A stretch of DNA of 61,678 bases, filler included, from Anaerolineae bacterium (GCA_029262755.1; 3 parts of 3 records of this genome joined end to end with filler, not necessarily neighbours in it), one strand, 5' to 3'. Shown: positions 31,674-43,469, numbered from the whole stretch's first letter. The notes: a model not told the origin generated them from the sequence alone. Translations and numbers: made by a program.

Positions 31674-31992
31674 GGGTGGGTTCCTGTTCCTGTACGGATC
31701 AGCGAGAAGCGGCCGGCGCCAAGATGCGTGCTGCCCGAATGCGCACGATGATACGTTGGTTGGCCGCAGGACAACGGCGCGCAGTATAGCCCTGCGTGTC
31801 GGGGCGCTCCAACGCGCGCGGGTGGCCGTGGTGCTGGATCGATTCGTTCGGGGTCAGGACCGCGCGAGGTGGGGTCGAGTCCCGGCACGGCAGCACGGCT
31901 CTTGAGCGAAGACGCGCCTTGGTTACTTTCGGATGCTCCGTGCGTATCGCACGTTTGCCAGACGACGCATGGGTACGGGCACCCGCGGACGT

Positions 31993-32925
31993 TCAGCGCG
32001 CGTAGGCCTGGGGCAAGCGTCGGATGGTCGTCTCGAAGCCGAGCGCGCGCATTGCGGCCGCGGCATCGGCGCGGGTGTAGCGCATCTCGAGCGCGTCGGC
32101 CGGCGCCGCGACCGGCGCGTCTTCGCGCAGCGTCACGAGCTCGCGGCTCAGGTGCGCGGCGTCGAAGCCGGTCTCGAGGTTGCGTCGCAGCGCCGGCGTA
32201 CATTCTTCCAGGTTGGCGTACACACCTTCCAAGGTGGTGTGTGCGCCAAGCAAGCGCGCGGCCGTCTTCTCACCCACGCCCTTCACGCCGGGAATATTGT
32301 CGCTCGGATCGCCCACAAGGGCTTTGAAGTCACGCAAGCCGTGGGGCGGCACGCCGAAGCGCTCTTCCACGCCCGCCGCGTCGAAGATTCGGCTGTCCCG
32401 GATGCCCTTGAGCGGGTAGAGCATCCGAACGCCATCGCCGACGCATTGGAACAAGTCGCGGTCGCCGCTGACGATCAGCACCTCGCTTTCCGGGTACTCG
32501 TCACGCCAACGGCGCGTGAGCGAGGCGATGTAGTCGTCCGCCTCGAAGGGCGCACCGGCCACCTGCCACACGCCGAGCGCGTCCAGCAACGGCCGCAGCC
32601 GATCGACCTGCACCTTCACATCCGGGTCGATGTCCTCGCGCCCCGCCTTGTACCCGTCGAAAAGTTCGTGCCGGAACGGACGCCCTTCATCGAACGTCGC
32701 CGCGATCCAACGCGGGCGATGATCGTCCAGCAGCGCAAAGAGCATGTTGATGAACCCGTACACGGCTTGGACGGACTGCCCGTCCGGCGCCTTCAACGAG
32801 TCGGGCAGCCCGTAGAAGGCGCGGAATGCCAAGGAGTGTCCGTCCAAGACGAGCAGCCGATCGGCGAAGGGCGAGCCTTCGGCGGCCGCGTATGGGTCGC
32901 GCGGATCCTGGGGGGCGTTGTTCAT
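31993..32925 (-). CDS. Stand-alone 5'-3' exonuclease/flap endonuclease (Pol I N-terminal-like)
   Basis: DGHSLAFRAFY, YKAGR, EADD, SGDRD, GDPSDNIPGVKGVGEKTA; no polymerase domain follows. Confidence 0.92.
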   Translation of the reverse strand: MNNAPQDPRDPYAAAEGSPFADRLLVLDGHSLAFRAFYGLPDSLKAPDGQSVQAVYGFINMLFALLDDHRPRWIAATFDEGRPFRHELFDGYKAGREDIDPDVKVQVDRLRPLLDALGVWQVAGAPFEADDYIASLTRRWRDEYPESEVLIVSGDRDLFQCVGDGVRMLYPLKGIRDSRIFDAAGVEERFGVPPHGLRDFKALVGDPSDNIPGVKGVGEKTAARLLGAHTTLEGVYANLEECTPALRRNLETGFDAAHLSRELVTLREDAPVAAPADALEMRYTRADAAAAMRALGFETTIRRLPQAYAR

Positions 32926-33245
32926 CGGACGCGCTCCTTCGCCGCGTGCGCGACGAGCTCACCGGTCGTGCGCTCGTAGCGGAGACCGCGGTCGAGCGGG
33001 AAGCGGGCCATGCCCTCGGCTCGCAGGCGAGGCGCATGGTCTCGTTCATAGGCAGCGAAGGCCGCTCGGGACAAGAAAGCGTAGCGCGCCTCATAGCGCA
33101 GCGCTTCCCCATCAATGCGGACGACTTCGCCGGCGCTGGCACCGGCTTGCAGCACATCCCCCAGGTGCTCGTCGCGCAGCCACGCCACCCATTCTTCGGC
33201 GGTCGCCGCGTCGTCGAAGGTGCAGGCGACGGTATAGCGGAACAT
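32922..33245 (-). CDS. DUF4286-like small protein
   Basis: YTV...EEWVAWLRDEHLGDVL...YERDHAPRLRAEG; SD GGAGG; 4-nt overlap with the exonuclease gene. Confidence 0.75.
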   Translation of the reverse strand: MFRYTVACTFDDAATAEEWVAWLRDEHLGDVLQAGASAGEVVRIDGEALRYEARYAFLSRAAFAAYERDHAPRLRAEGMARFPLDRGLRYERTTGELVAHAAKERVR

Positions 33246-33595
33246 GCGGGCCTCCTGGGTCGAAGCGTCGGCAGCGTGGTTGGAGTGTGGGTAGTCACCG
33301 GATCCTGCCGGGCTGCCGGGTTGCCGGATGATGCCCGGTTATGCGGTGGACTGTGTCCTCGAGGCAAATCCACGCGCAACCATAGCGCGTCGCCGATTGC
33401 GCGCGCGCCCTTACCCCGCGCCGGTACGCCGTGATACCGTCTCGCGGGCGCGCAGCCGGCGCACGGGGATTCACGTGCCCTTTGCGAGCGGCCACAGCCC
33501 GACGCTCGTCGCACCTTCATCGTACCCACGCACCCGTTCGCCGATCCCACGAATCAATCCACGTTCGTGCCCCGCGATTTCCCGAGGAGCCTCCG

Positions 33596-35737
33596 ATGTC
33601 AACGCTCACGCGCCGACAGCCTGTGCGACGCGCCATGTTGGTGTTGCCCACCGTATTGCGCGCCGCCCTTGGCGCCGGCTTATGTGCCGCCCTTGGCGCC
33701 GGCCTCGGTATGGGGCTCGACGCGTATGCCGCCCCCGATCCGGCTACGTTCGCTGCAACGAGCGGCGCGCCGGCCACTATCGACGGCCCAGGCGCAGAGC
33801 CGGACCTGCTCGTCGCGCTCGCGCCGCACGCCGCGCCGGCCGCCCGTCGCGGGTCCGCGGAGGACGGCACACGCGGATCGGAAGGACGTTGGCTCGACGC
33901 GCACACGCTCGACGCCTTGCATGAGGACCTCGGCATGCGGGTCGTCGGCGCGATTCCGGAGCTCGGCGTGCTGCGCGTCGCGCCGGCGATGGGGCTCGCA
34001 CCCGCGGCGGAGCCAGCGCGCGGTGGCGGCCCTGGAATCGGCGCCGGTGCGGCCAAGGAAGCGGGCGGAGCGGTTTCGGCTTCGGCTGCGGAAGACGGTT
34101 CCCAAGTCCAGCTCACGTGGCGTGCGCAACGACTCGCGGCCGCCCGGCGGGCCTACGCGGCCTCAAGGGCCGTGCGATGGGTAGAGCCGGTACGGGTGCG
34201 GCACGTCTCAGGCGCCGGCTCCGCCCGATCTTCGATGCATCCGAATCGAGAGGCCCTGCGTGCATCGGGGTCACCGATCGCGATCTCGTCGGCATTCGCC
34301 CGCGCCGCCTCTCATTGGACCGCACGCGTCCACGCCTCGTTCTTCTCGACCGCGCTCGACCATGTCCAGGCCGGCATCCTCGCCCCCGACGCGACGCCGG
34401 ACGATCCGCTCTTCGGCACGCAATGGCATCTGGCCAAGATGCACGTACCGGATGCATGGGACCGGGCACATGCCGACGGCGTGGTGATCGCGGTCATCGA
34501 CACCGGGGTGGACTGCGGTCATCCGGACCTCGCGGCGGCCTGCGTCCCGGGCCGCAACGTGCTAGACGACACGAGCGATACGCAAGACGTGAACGGCCAT
34601 GGGACCATCGAGGCCGGCGCCGCGGCGGCTGTGGTCGACAACGGGGTCGGCATTGCCGGTGTTGCGTGGGGCGCGCGCATCATGCCGATCAAGGCCATGA
34701 CGGACAACGGCAGCGGCGACACGGCCGGTATCGCGGCCGGCATCGTCTGGGCCGCGGACAACGGCGCGCGCGTGATCAACCTGAGCCTCGGCGGCGAGGG
34801 CGCCGCGCAAGTGATGGCCGATGCCGCCACCTACGCGCACGGCCGCGGAGCACTGCTCACGGCCTCCGCGGGCAATATGCCAAGCGGCAACATCCTCTAC
34901 CCGGCCGGGTACCCGGAGGTCCTGGGTGTCGGCGCCACCACCCGCGCCGACGAACGGCCGAGCTTCGGCAACTTCGGCCCCCATGTCGACGTGGTCGCGC
35001 CCGGCGTGTCGATCTTGACGACCTCGGTCGGCGGCGGCTACGGCCCCTTCGACGGCACCAGCGAATCGACCGCCTTGGCATCGGGCATCGCCGCGTTGTT
35101 GATCGGCCAGAATTCCGCGCGCACGCCGGACGACCTACGCCGGTTGCTGCAAGACTCGGCCGTGGACCTTGGCCCCCCCGGACGGGACGACGAGTTCGGC
35201 TATGGTCGCCTCGACGCCGCGGCCGCGTTGGAGGCAGGCGCGCGGCAGCAACCGGAGCCCGACGATCCCGATCCCGACCCCAACGCGTGCGCACGCGCAT
35301 GGATGCTGACCTTGCGCGCCTTCCCCGACGTGACGGGCGGAGGAGGGACGAGCGGCTGGCCGCCGCAACCCGCGCCCTGTCCCGGCTGCGATGGCGTCCA
35401 ATCCGCCGCGGACCGTATCCTCGGCGCACGGCAGCCCCTCGGTCCGCTCCACGTGGTCATTTCGCCCGCGGGCGAGCCGGCAGCCGTGTTGGCCGAGCTG
35501 GACATGGACGGCCACGGCACGCCGTTCGGCTCACCGGAGACCCACGTCTCGCTGTGCTTCCCGCCGCCTTACCGCATCACCCTCACCACCACAGCGACGG
35601 ATGGCTACACCTTGTGTTCCTACAGTGAGGCCGAGGTGCTGCTGTCGCAGACCAACTTCGACCGCGCCCGCGGGAGCCGGCGCGGCGCAGGCCGCTGGGC
35701 GCCCGTCACGTGGGGCTTTCAGCGCTGCATTCCGTAG
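33596..35737 (+). CDS. Secreted S8 (subtilisin/thermitase-like) serine protease with a Cys-rich C-terminal domain
   Basis: VIDTG (Asp), NGHGT (His), SAGN, GTS (Ser), VINLSLGG, GYGRLDA; SD GAGGAG. Confidence 0.9.
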   Translation: MSTLTRRQPVRRAMLVLPTVLRAALGAGLCAALGAGLGMGLDAYAAPDPATFAATSGAPATIDGPGAEPDLLVALAPHAAPAARRGSAEDGTRGSEGRWLDAHTLDALHEDLGMRVVGAIPELGVLRVAPAMGLAPAAEPARGGGPGIGAGAAKEAGGAVSASAAEDGSQVQLTWRAQRLAAARRAYAASRAVRWVEPVRVRHVSGAGSARSSMHPNREALRASGSPIAISSAFARAASHWTARVHASFFSTALDHVQAGILAPDATPDDPLFGTQWHLAKMHVPDAWDRAHADGVVIAVIDTGVDCGHPDLAAACVPGRNVLDDTSDTQDVNGHGTIEAGAAAAVVDNGVGIAGVAWGARIMPIKAMTDNGSGDTAGIAAGIVWAADNGARVINLSLGGEGAAQVMADAATYAHGRGALLTASAGNMPSGNILYPAGYPEVLGVGATTRADERPSFGNFGPHVDVVAPGVSILTTSVGGGYGPFDGTSESTALASGIAALLIGQNSARTPDDLRRLLQDSAVDLGPPGRDDEFGYGRLDAAAALEAGARQQPEPDDPDPDPNACARAWMLTLRAFPDVTGGGGTSGWPPQPAPCPGCDGVQSAADRILGARQPLGPLHVVISPAGEPAAVLAELDMDGHGTPFGSPETHVSLCFPPPYRITLTTTATDGYTLCSYSEAEVLLSQTNFDRARGSRRGAGRWAPVTWGFQRCIP

Positions 35738-36020
35738 CCGAATTCGGGCCGGCGCACCGCATCGACCCGCGGCCGAACACCAAGACTCAGACGCGCGGAA
35801 CGTTCGGGTTTCGAGCGCCCCGTGCCGGGGGCCGCGCCATGGCATGCACAAGGTCGCCGCGAAGACGATGGGAACAAGGGGCCTCCCCTTCCTCGTACAT
35901 AGGAGGGGAGCACGTGGCGCTCGCTTCGCACCCCCCGCATTTGATAGCATGGGGAACGGGGCAGGGTGCTCGTTGAGCGTAGGACCGACAATGGTCGGGT
36001 TGGACGAGCAGGAGGAAGGG

Positions 36021-39000
36021 ATGCAAGGGGGACGGGGAAAGGTAGAGCAACCGGGGATCGACGCGCACGGCCGCAGGGCGGACGAAGACGAACAATCATC
36101 GTTCTCTTCTGCCGCGCGCGCCGTCCATCCGCGCGCGGATGAAGCACGTCTCTGGCTCGTGGATGAGGTTGCGCGGCGAACGTCCCTCGCGGCGCAGGAC
36201 GTGGACATCCACGCGCCCTTGGCCGACCAGGGGCTCGAGTCCCTCGCGATCGCCGAGTTGCTCACAGCCCTGGGCGCTTGGCTTGGCCGGGTCCTGCCGC
36301 CCACCGTGATCTGGGCCCATCCGGACATCCGGGCGCTCGCCGCGTTCGTCGCGTCCGGCGCGGATGCGACGGCGGGTTTCGACGGCTCCGGCGCGGACGG
36401 CAACACCGAAACAACCAGGGTTTTCTTGGATTCCGCGGGCCGTGCCGGCACGGGACCGTCCGTGCCCTTCCACGATCGGAGCGCGCCGGGACCCTGGCCC
36501 GAGCCGATCGCCGTGGTAGCCATGGACGGCCGCTTCCCCGGTGCGCCGAGCCTCGACGCCTATTGGGCGCTGCTAAGCGAGGGCAGGGACGCCGTACGCG
36601 AAGTGCCGGCGGATCGCTGGGATGCGGCGCGCTACTACGACGCGGATTCCAAGGCGCCCGGCAAGGCCAATACCCGCTGGGGCGGCTTTCTGGATTCGGA
36701 GGCCGTGCGCGGCTTCGACGCCGCGTTCTTCGGAATCTCGCCGCGCGAAGCCCAGCAGATGGACCCCCAACAACGGATGCTCTTGGAGCTCGCCTGGCAC
36801 GTCCTCGAGCAAGCGGGCGTGCCCGCCGACGGACTGCGTGGCTCGCGCACCGGCGTCTTCGTCGGCGCCATGTGGCAGGACTATGCTCGGCTCCAGTTGG
36901 CCGCGGGCGCAGCGATGGTCCAACACGGCGCGACGGGCCAGGATCTGAGCATCCTCGCGGCGCGCATCTCCTACGTCCTCGGCCTACGCGGCCCGAGCCT
37001 CATGGTCAACACGGCCTGCTCCTCCTCGCTCGTGGCGGTGCACCTCGCCTGCCAGAGCCTGCTGGCCGGCGAATCGGTGATGGCCCTGGCCGGCGGCGTG
37101 AACCTGATGCTTTCGCCCGACGGCCACGTGACGATGTCCAAATTCGGCGCGATGTCGCCGGACGGCCGCTGCCGCAGCTTCGCGGCCGACGCGAACGGCT
37201 ACGTGCGCGGCGAAGGCGCCGGCCTCGTGCTGCTTACGCGCCGCTCCCACGCCCTCGCGCACGGCTTGCCCATCGTCGGGCTCATCCGAGGCACGGCCGT
37301 CAACAACGACGGCACAAGCAACGGCCTCGCCGCACCGAGCGGCGCCGCGCAACGGGCGGTGCTGCGCGCAGCGGTAGCGCGCGCGGACGTCGATCCCACC
37401 GAAATCGATTATGTCGAGGCCCACGGCACGGGCACGATCGTCGGCGATCCGATCGAGGCCGAAGCGCTCGGTGCGGTCTACGGCATGGGTCGCGCGCCGG
37501 AACGCGCCCTACGCCTCGGCTCCGCCAAGAGCGTCATCGGCCACCTGGAAGCCGCCGCGGGCATCGCGGGCCTCATCAAGACCCTGCTCGCCCTGCGCCA
37601 CGGCGCGATCCCGCCCAGCTTGCACGCGGAGCAACGCAACCCCCGCATCGATTTCGACCACCTGGGCCTCCACCTGCAACGCGAGCTCGGACCGTGGCCG
37701 GGCGCATCCGAGACGACCGGTGATGCCGACCGACCCCGACTGGCCGCGGTGAGCTCGTTCGGCTTCGGCGGCACGAACGCGCACGCGGTGCTCGAGGCTG
37801 CGCCGGGCCCCGCTGCGGCGGCAGCGATCGCAGAGCCGGCGGCGATCGCGAGCACGGCGGTGAGCACAGCGGCGAGCACAGAGCCGTCGTCGATAGCGAG
37901 CACGGCGGCGATCGCGACGGATGGGGTGGGCGCGAAGGATGCCCCAATCGTCTTCGTCTTCACCGGCAACGGGGCGCAGTGGGCCGGTATGGGCGTCTCG
38001 CTCATGGCCGAGCCGGCGTTTCGCGCCCAGCTCGATGCGGTCGATCGCGTGTTGCACCGCGTGGCCGGGTGGTCCGCCCGCGAGGCGCTCGTCTCCTTGC
38101 ATCCCGACGCGTCGCCCAGGGGCGTGACCCGTGCGGGGACACCGCTCGGCGCAGCCACGTCCGACAGCGCGCTGCTGGACAACCCTGCGTTGGCGCAGCC
38201 TCTGCTCTTCGCGGTTCAGCTCGGCCTGACGGCGCTACTACGAGAACGCGGCGTCCGGCCCGATCTTGTGCTCGGGCACAGCGTCGGCGAGCTCGCCGCG
38301 GCCCACGTCGCCGGCGCGCTCTCGCTCGAAGACGCGCTGCGGCTGGTGGTCGCCCGCAGTCGGCTGCAGGCACGCACGGCCGGCGCGGGGCGCATGACTC
38401 ATCTCGCGCTGCCGGAGGCCGAAGTCCGGCAACGGCTGGGCGAGCTTGGCCTCGCAGACCGGTTGAGCGTTGCGGCGGTCAACGGCCCCGCTTCGACGGT
38501 CCTTTCGGGGAGCGTCGAGGATGTGTCGCGTCTGGAATCCGCCTTCTCGGCCGAAGGTATCGCGCCGCGGCGGGTACGGGTCGATGTCGCCTACCACAGT
38601 CCGAGCATGGACGATGCGGCCGCGGCCCTGCGCACGGCCATGGCCGGCGTCGCGCCACGGCCCACCGTGCTGCCGTTCGTCTCCACGGTGCTTGGCCGCA
38701 ACGTGGAGGGCAGCGCGCTCGGCGCCGCGTATTGGGCCGACAACCTGCGCCGCCCGGTGCGCTTCCACGACGCGCTCAACCATGTGCTGGCCACGCCGGG
38801 CTTTGCGAACGCCGCGTTTGTTGAGATCGCGCCCCATCCCATCCTCCGCCACGACCTGAACGCCACGGTGGCGCAGGCAGGTTCCAAGGCCGTCGTGATT
38901 CCCACGCTCGGTCGCGGGCGTCGCGGGCCGGACGACCTCGCGCTCACCGTCGCCGCGCTCGTGGCGCATCGAGGCCCGCTCGCGCCGAGCAACGCGCCCG

Positions 39001-42000
39001 CCCCGCCCGTATTGCTGCCGCTCTCCGCGCGCTCGCCAGCGGCCCTCGCCGCCCTGGCCGCGGGGCTGCGGGATCAGTTGGACGCGGGCGCGGAGGCGGG
39101 CGACCTGTCGTACAGCGCGGCGATCCACCGCGCGCATCACGACGAGCGCGCGGCCGTGGTCGGACGCGGAGGGCGCGAGCTGCGCGCCGGCCTGACGACG
39201 CTCGTGGAGGGCCGCGCCCATGGCGCCGTCGCCACGGGGCGCCGCGCGGCCAGCCGCGAGGCGTCGACGATCTTCGTCTTCGCCGGCCAGGGCGCCCAAC
39301 GCGCCGGCATGGGCCTGCGGCTTGGGCGCGAAGAACCGGTCTTCCGCGCACGGTTGGACGAGTGCGACGCGCTGCTGCGCGAGGCCGCGGGCTGGTCCCT
39401 GCACGACGTGCTACGTCTGCCCAAGGAAGATGCCGTCTGGCTCGACGACACGGCCATCGTCCAGCCGGCGCTCTTCGCCCTCCAGGTATCCCTGGCTGCC
39501 CAGTGGCGTGCATGGGGCGTGCAGCCGGCCGCGGTCATCGGGCATAGCGCCGGCGAGATCGCGGCCGCCCACGTGGCCGGCATCCTCTCGCTGGAGGAAG
39601 CCGTGAAGATGGTCGTCAGGCGCGGCACGCTCGTGGCCGAACAAGGCCGCACGGTGCGTGAGAGCCTCGGCCCCGGCGCGATGCTGGCCGTTGAGACTAC
39701 GCGGGCGGAGGCCGAATCGTTGCTGCGCGCGCTGGCCGTCGAGAGCGCACGCACGGATACGGACACGTTGGCGTCCGATCGCGCGAACGCAGCGGGCAAC
39801 GGCGACGTGGTCATCGCGGCCGAGAACGGTCCGACCTCGCTCGTGCTCGCCGGCCGGCGGAGCGCGCTGCGCCGCGTCGCCGATTCGCTGCGCAAAGCGC
39901 GCGTGGTCCACCGCTGGTTGGCCACCGACATCGCCTTCCACAGCCCGGACCTCGCGCCCGTCGGCGCGTCCCTCGCCGCAAGCCTGTCCGATCTCACGCC
40001 GCGCGCCGCTGCCGTCCCATTCGTATCCACCGTCCGCGGCGGCATCGTGGCTGGCGAGGAACTGGACGCCGGGTATTGGGCCGAGCAGCTGACCCTGCCC
40101 GTGCGCTTTTGGCCCGCGTTGCAATCCCTGTTGGAGGCCGGCCACAGCCACTTCATCGAGCTGGCGGCCCTGCCGATCCTGACCCCGGGCATCCGCCGCC
40201 TCGCCCGACGGACCGGCCACACGGTCGAGGCCCTGTGCTCGCTCAGCGACGAACGCGACGAAGCCCGCGCCCTGCGCGAGGCGCTAGGCCGTTTCTACGC
40301 CACGGGCGGCGCAGTCGACTGGCCGGCCCTGCACCCGGCCGGCGGCCGCTTCGTAGCGCCGCCGCCCTACGCGTTCCAACACAAGCCTTTCTGGTTCCCG
40401 ACCGTGCCGGCGATGTCGGAAGAACGCGCGAGCAGCGTGCCGAACGGACCCGCACCGGAGACCCACGCAGAGACCAACGGACGATCCCCAGCCCCCCACC
40501 CCTGGCTGGACGCCGGCCTCTCGTCGTCCATCCACCCCGACACGGTCCTGTTCCCATGCCACCTCGATGCCGCGACCGAAGCGCTGCTGGCCGAGCATGT
40601 CGTCGACGCGGCCCCAGTCCTACCGGCTGCCGCGTTCCTCCATCTCGCCGTCGCAGCGGTCCGTTCACTTGCACTGCCACCCGCGGAGGCGGTGGCTGGT
40701 GGACTCGGCGACGGTGACGACGGTGGCGTCGTTGGCGATGCGGCGAGCAAGGGCAGTGTCGAAGGTGGTGGTGGTGGTGGTGGTTGGAGTGACGAAGGCG
40801 AGGTCGTGGTCGCGAGCGGCAGGATCGACGTCGACGAGCACGAAGTCGCGGATAGCGGGATCGACGTTGCCGATCTCGTGGTCACGGGTGGAGGAATCGA
40901 CGTTGACGAGCACGAGCTCGCACGTGGCGGAGTCGACGTTGACGAGGACGAGGTCGCCGGTGGCGGGATCAACGTCGACGAGCTCGTGGACGCGCGTGGC
41001 CGGGTCGACGCCGACGAGCACGAGCTCGCACGTGGCGGGATCGTTGTGCTGCGTGACGCGCGATTCGAGCGCATGCTCGGTCTGTCCGCCGACGAAGCCG
41101 TGTTGGCGCAGCTGGCTACGCAGCGGCGCGCAGATCGGACCGTACACGTATCGCTGGCTACCCCATCCCAGAAGGATGGGGTTGGATGGCACACCCATGC
41201 GCACGTCGACGTCGAGCCCACCGCGGATCGGGTGGAGATTGCGACCCGGGAGGCTCGTCCGGATGCGGCGAACCGGGTCGTTCCAGCGAACCGGGGCGTT
41301 GCGGCGAGTCGGGCGGATGACGCGGAAGACGTCGACCGATCCCCGCGCATCGACCGGGCCGCGTTCCGCGCCGGGAGCCGACAGAGCCTGGACGCGCGGG
41401 CTTTCTACCTCCTGATGGCCGAGCGCGGCTTGGTGTACGGGCCACGCTATCAGCGTGTGAACGAGGCTTGGCTGGGCGACGGCGCGGCGCTCGCGCGGCT
41501 CACATCGAGCGGTAGTAGCGATCTCGACGCGGGCCTGTCGACCTTGAGGCGCACGGCGGACCAGCACGATGGCCTCTCCGGCACCCGTGGCCGCGTCGAC
41601 GTTGCGGCGAGTGCGAACGGGCGACGCGGCGAATCGACGGCGCCTGACGAAACCGTCGACGTCCGAGCTCGATCCGCGACCAACCCACTCGACGACGTGA
41701 CCCTGGTCGACACCGCGTTGCAGGTTGCGTTGGCGGCGGCGTCCAGCCCGGACGATGCGGCGGACACCGGCTGGGTGCCCGTGTCCCTGTCTCGACTCGA
41801 AGCGCGCCCGATGACCGGCGGCGAGAGCGCCACGCCGCTCCACGTCTACGCCGAACGCATGCCGAACGTAGACGAAAGGACCGATCAGCGTCGGCTCAAC
41901 GTCTGGGTCGCAACCGGCGCCGGCGAGACCTTGCTACAGATCGATGATCTCGTCCTGCAGGCGTGGGCGTTGGCGAGCCCGGCTGCCGCGCGAGCCATAT

Positions 42001-42466
42001 CCGAGGCGGATATCGGCGCGATCGCGGACTCCAAGATCGTCGCCGACATCGGCGCAAACGGCGCTGCCCCCTCGAACCCGAAGGCGGCCCCGAACGCGAA
42101 CGCCGATCTGTCCGCCTTCCTCCATGAACAGGTCGCGGTCGTGCTCGGGCTGCCGGCGAATCAGGTGCCGGACGATCAGCCGCTCAATCGGCTGGGTCTC
42201 GACTCACTCATGGCGTTGGAGCTGCGCAACCTGATCGAGCGCGGGTTGGGACTGTACGTGCCCATGACCTCCCTCATGCGCGGCACCACCGTGGACCAAC
42301 TCACGGACCAACTCGCCACGCTGCGCGCAGAAGCGGTGGCCGCGAAGGACCCGGCGGAAGCAGGCACAGCTGCGGTAGGCACGGCAGAGGTAGGCACGGC
42401 AGAGTCGTACGCAGCGGATTCGGAGACGGCGGATTCGGAGACGGCGAATTCGGTCGATGAGCGCGA
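36021..42466 (+). CDS. Type I polyketide synthase, ACP-KS-AT-AT-DH-ACP (3' end cut by the contig gap)
   Basis: ACP GLESL; KS TACSSS, HGTGT, KSVIGH; AT1 GHSVG/VAYHS; AT2 GHSAG/IAFHS; DH EHVVDAAPVLP and DTALQ; ACP GLDSL. ATG after GGAGG; the stop in the ORF track is the artificial linker. Confidence 0.93.
40819..41043 (+). repeat. 36-bp in-frame tandem repeat, about 6.25 copies, inside the PKS DH domain
   Basis: Units start at 40819, 40855, 40891, 40927, 40963, 40999; consensus peptide GGIDVDEHELAR. Confidence 0.85.
42358..42455 (+). repeat. 15-bp in-frame repeats (VGTAE and ADSET units) at the PKS contig end
   Basis: GTAGGCACGGCAGAG x2 and GCGGATTCGGAGACG x2, plus degenerate copies. Confidence 0.7.
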
Positions 42467-42566
42467 NNNNNNNNNNNNNNNNNNNNNNNNNNNNNNNNNN
42501 NNNNNNNNNNTTAATTAATTAANNNNNNNNNNNNNNNNNNNNNNNNNNNNNNNNNNNNNNNNNNNN
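42467..42566. other. Artificial contig-join spacer
   Basis: 100 nt of N with a central TTAATTAATTAA. Confidence 0.98.
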
Positions 42567-43469
42567 GCCGACGTCACTATCGAAGGCGCGACGCTTACCC
42601 TGGCCGCTTCCTGCGCCGACGTGGGCGATTCGCTCGGCGTCGCCGGCGCCGGTGTGCCGCCGGGTGCCTCGTCGCGTCTGCGCTGGATCCTGCCCGATGG
42701 CGGACGCCTGAGCGCCGGTCGCGTCCGTCCCGCCGAAGACGGTACCTTCGCCACGACGGTCGACGTGCGCCCCATGCTGGCCGACGTGGGCACGCCGCTG
42801 CGGCTCGAGCTCGAGGTCGCGCGCCCGGTCGGCCGCCTCCTGCCGAGCGAGCCGCTGCGCATCACGCTCTCCCGCCTGGTCGAGACGATCCTCATGGCGC
42901 TGATGGCCGCCACGATCGGCGCCGTGCTGGCGCTGCCGCTGGCCTTCCTCGGCGCGCGCAACCTCATGCCGCGCTCCCTCCCCGGCAACGCCCTCTACTA
43001 CGGTGCCCGCACGTTCATGAACCTGGCGCGCGCCATCGAGCCGCTCATCCTCGCGGTCGTGTTCGCGGCGTGGGTCGGCGTGGGCTCGCCCTTCGGCGGC
43101 ATCCTGGCGCTCGTGATCGTCACGATGGCCAATCTGGGCAAGCTCTTCAGCGAGGCCGTCGAGAATATCGATCCCGGCCCGATGGAGGCCCTGCAAGCCA
43201 CGGGCGCCACCCGCATCCAGGTCATCCGCTTCGCCGTCGTGCCCCAGATCGTGCCGCCCTTCCTAGCCTTCGGCATCTACTTCTGGGACATCGACGTGCG
43301 CATGTCCACGATCCTAGGCTTCGTCGGCGCCGGCGGCATCGGCTTCATCCTCAACGAGTGGATGCGCCTCACGCGCTGGAGCTGGGCCGCCGTCGCCATC
43401 CTGGGCATCGTGATCGTCGTGACCGCGATGGACACGATCAGCGCACGGGTGCGAGCGCGGTTGGTGTAG
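42567..43469 (+). CDS. phnE: Phosphonate ABC transporter permease (5' truncated)
   Basis: ETILMALMAA, GKLFSEAVENIDPGPMEALQATGA, VVPQI, RMSTILGFVGAGGIG. Confidence 0.9.
   Translation, partial: ADVTIEGATLTLAASCADVGDSLGVAGAGVPPGASSRLRWILPDGGRLSAGRVRPAEDGTFATTVDVRPMLADVGTPLRLELEVARPVGRLLPSEPLRITLSRLVETILMALMAATIGAVLALPLAFLGARNLMPRSLPGNALYYGARTFMNLARAIEPLILAVVFAAWVGVGSPFGGILALVIVTMANLGKLFSEAVENIDPGPMEALQATGATRIQVIRFAVVPQIVPPFLAFGIYFWDIDVRMSTILGFVGAGGIGFILNEWMRLTRWSWAAVAILGIVIVVTAMDTISARVRARLV

Noticed and set aside
31865..31890. GGGTCGAGTCCC T-arm-like sequence
   Set aside because: No D arm, anticodon arm or acceptor stem around it.
35391..36020. N-terminal 210 aa of the PKS ORF
   Set aside because: It overlaps the S8 gene end and intergenic DNA, has no domain features, and a good SD precedes ATG 36021.
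40819..41043. 36-bp periodic array as a CRISPR
   Set aside because: Units are contiguous and degenerate with no unique spacers, lie in frame within the PKS, and no cas genes are present.
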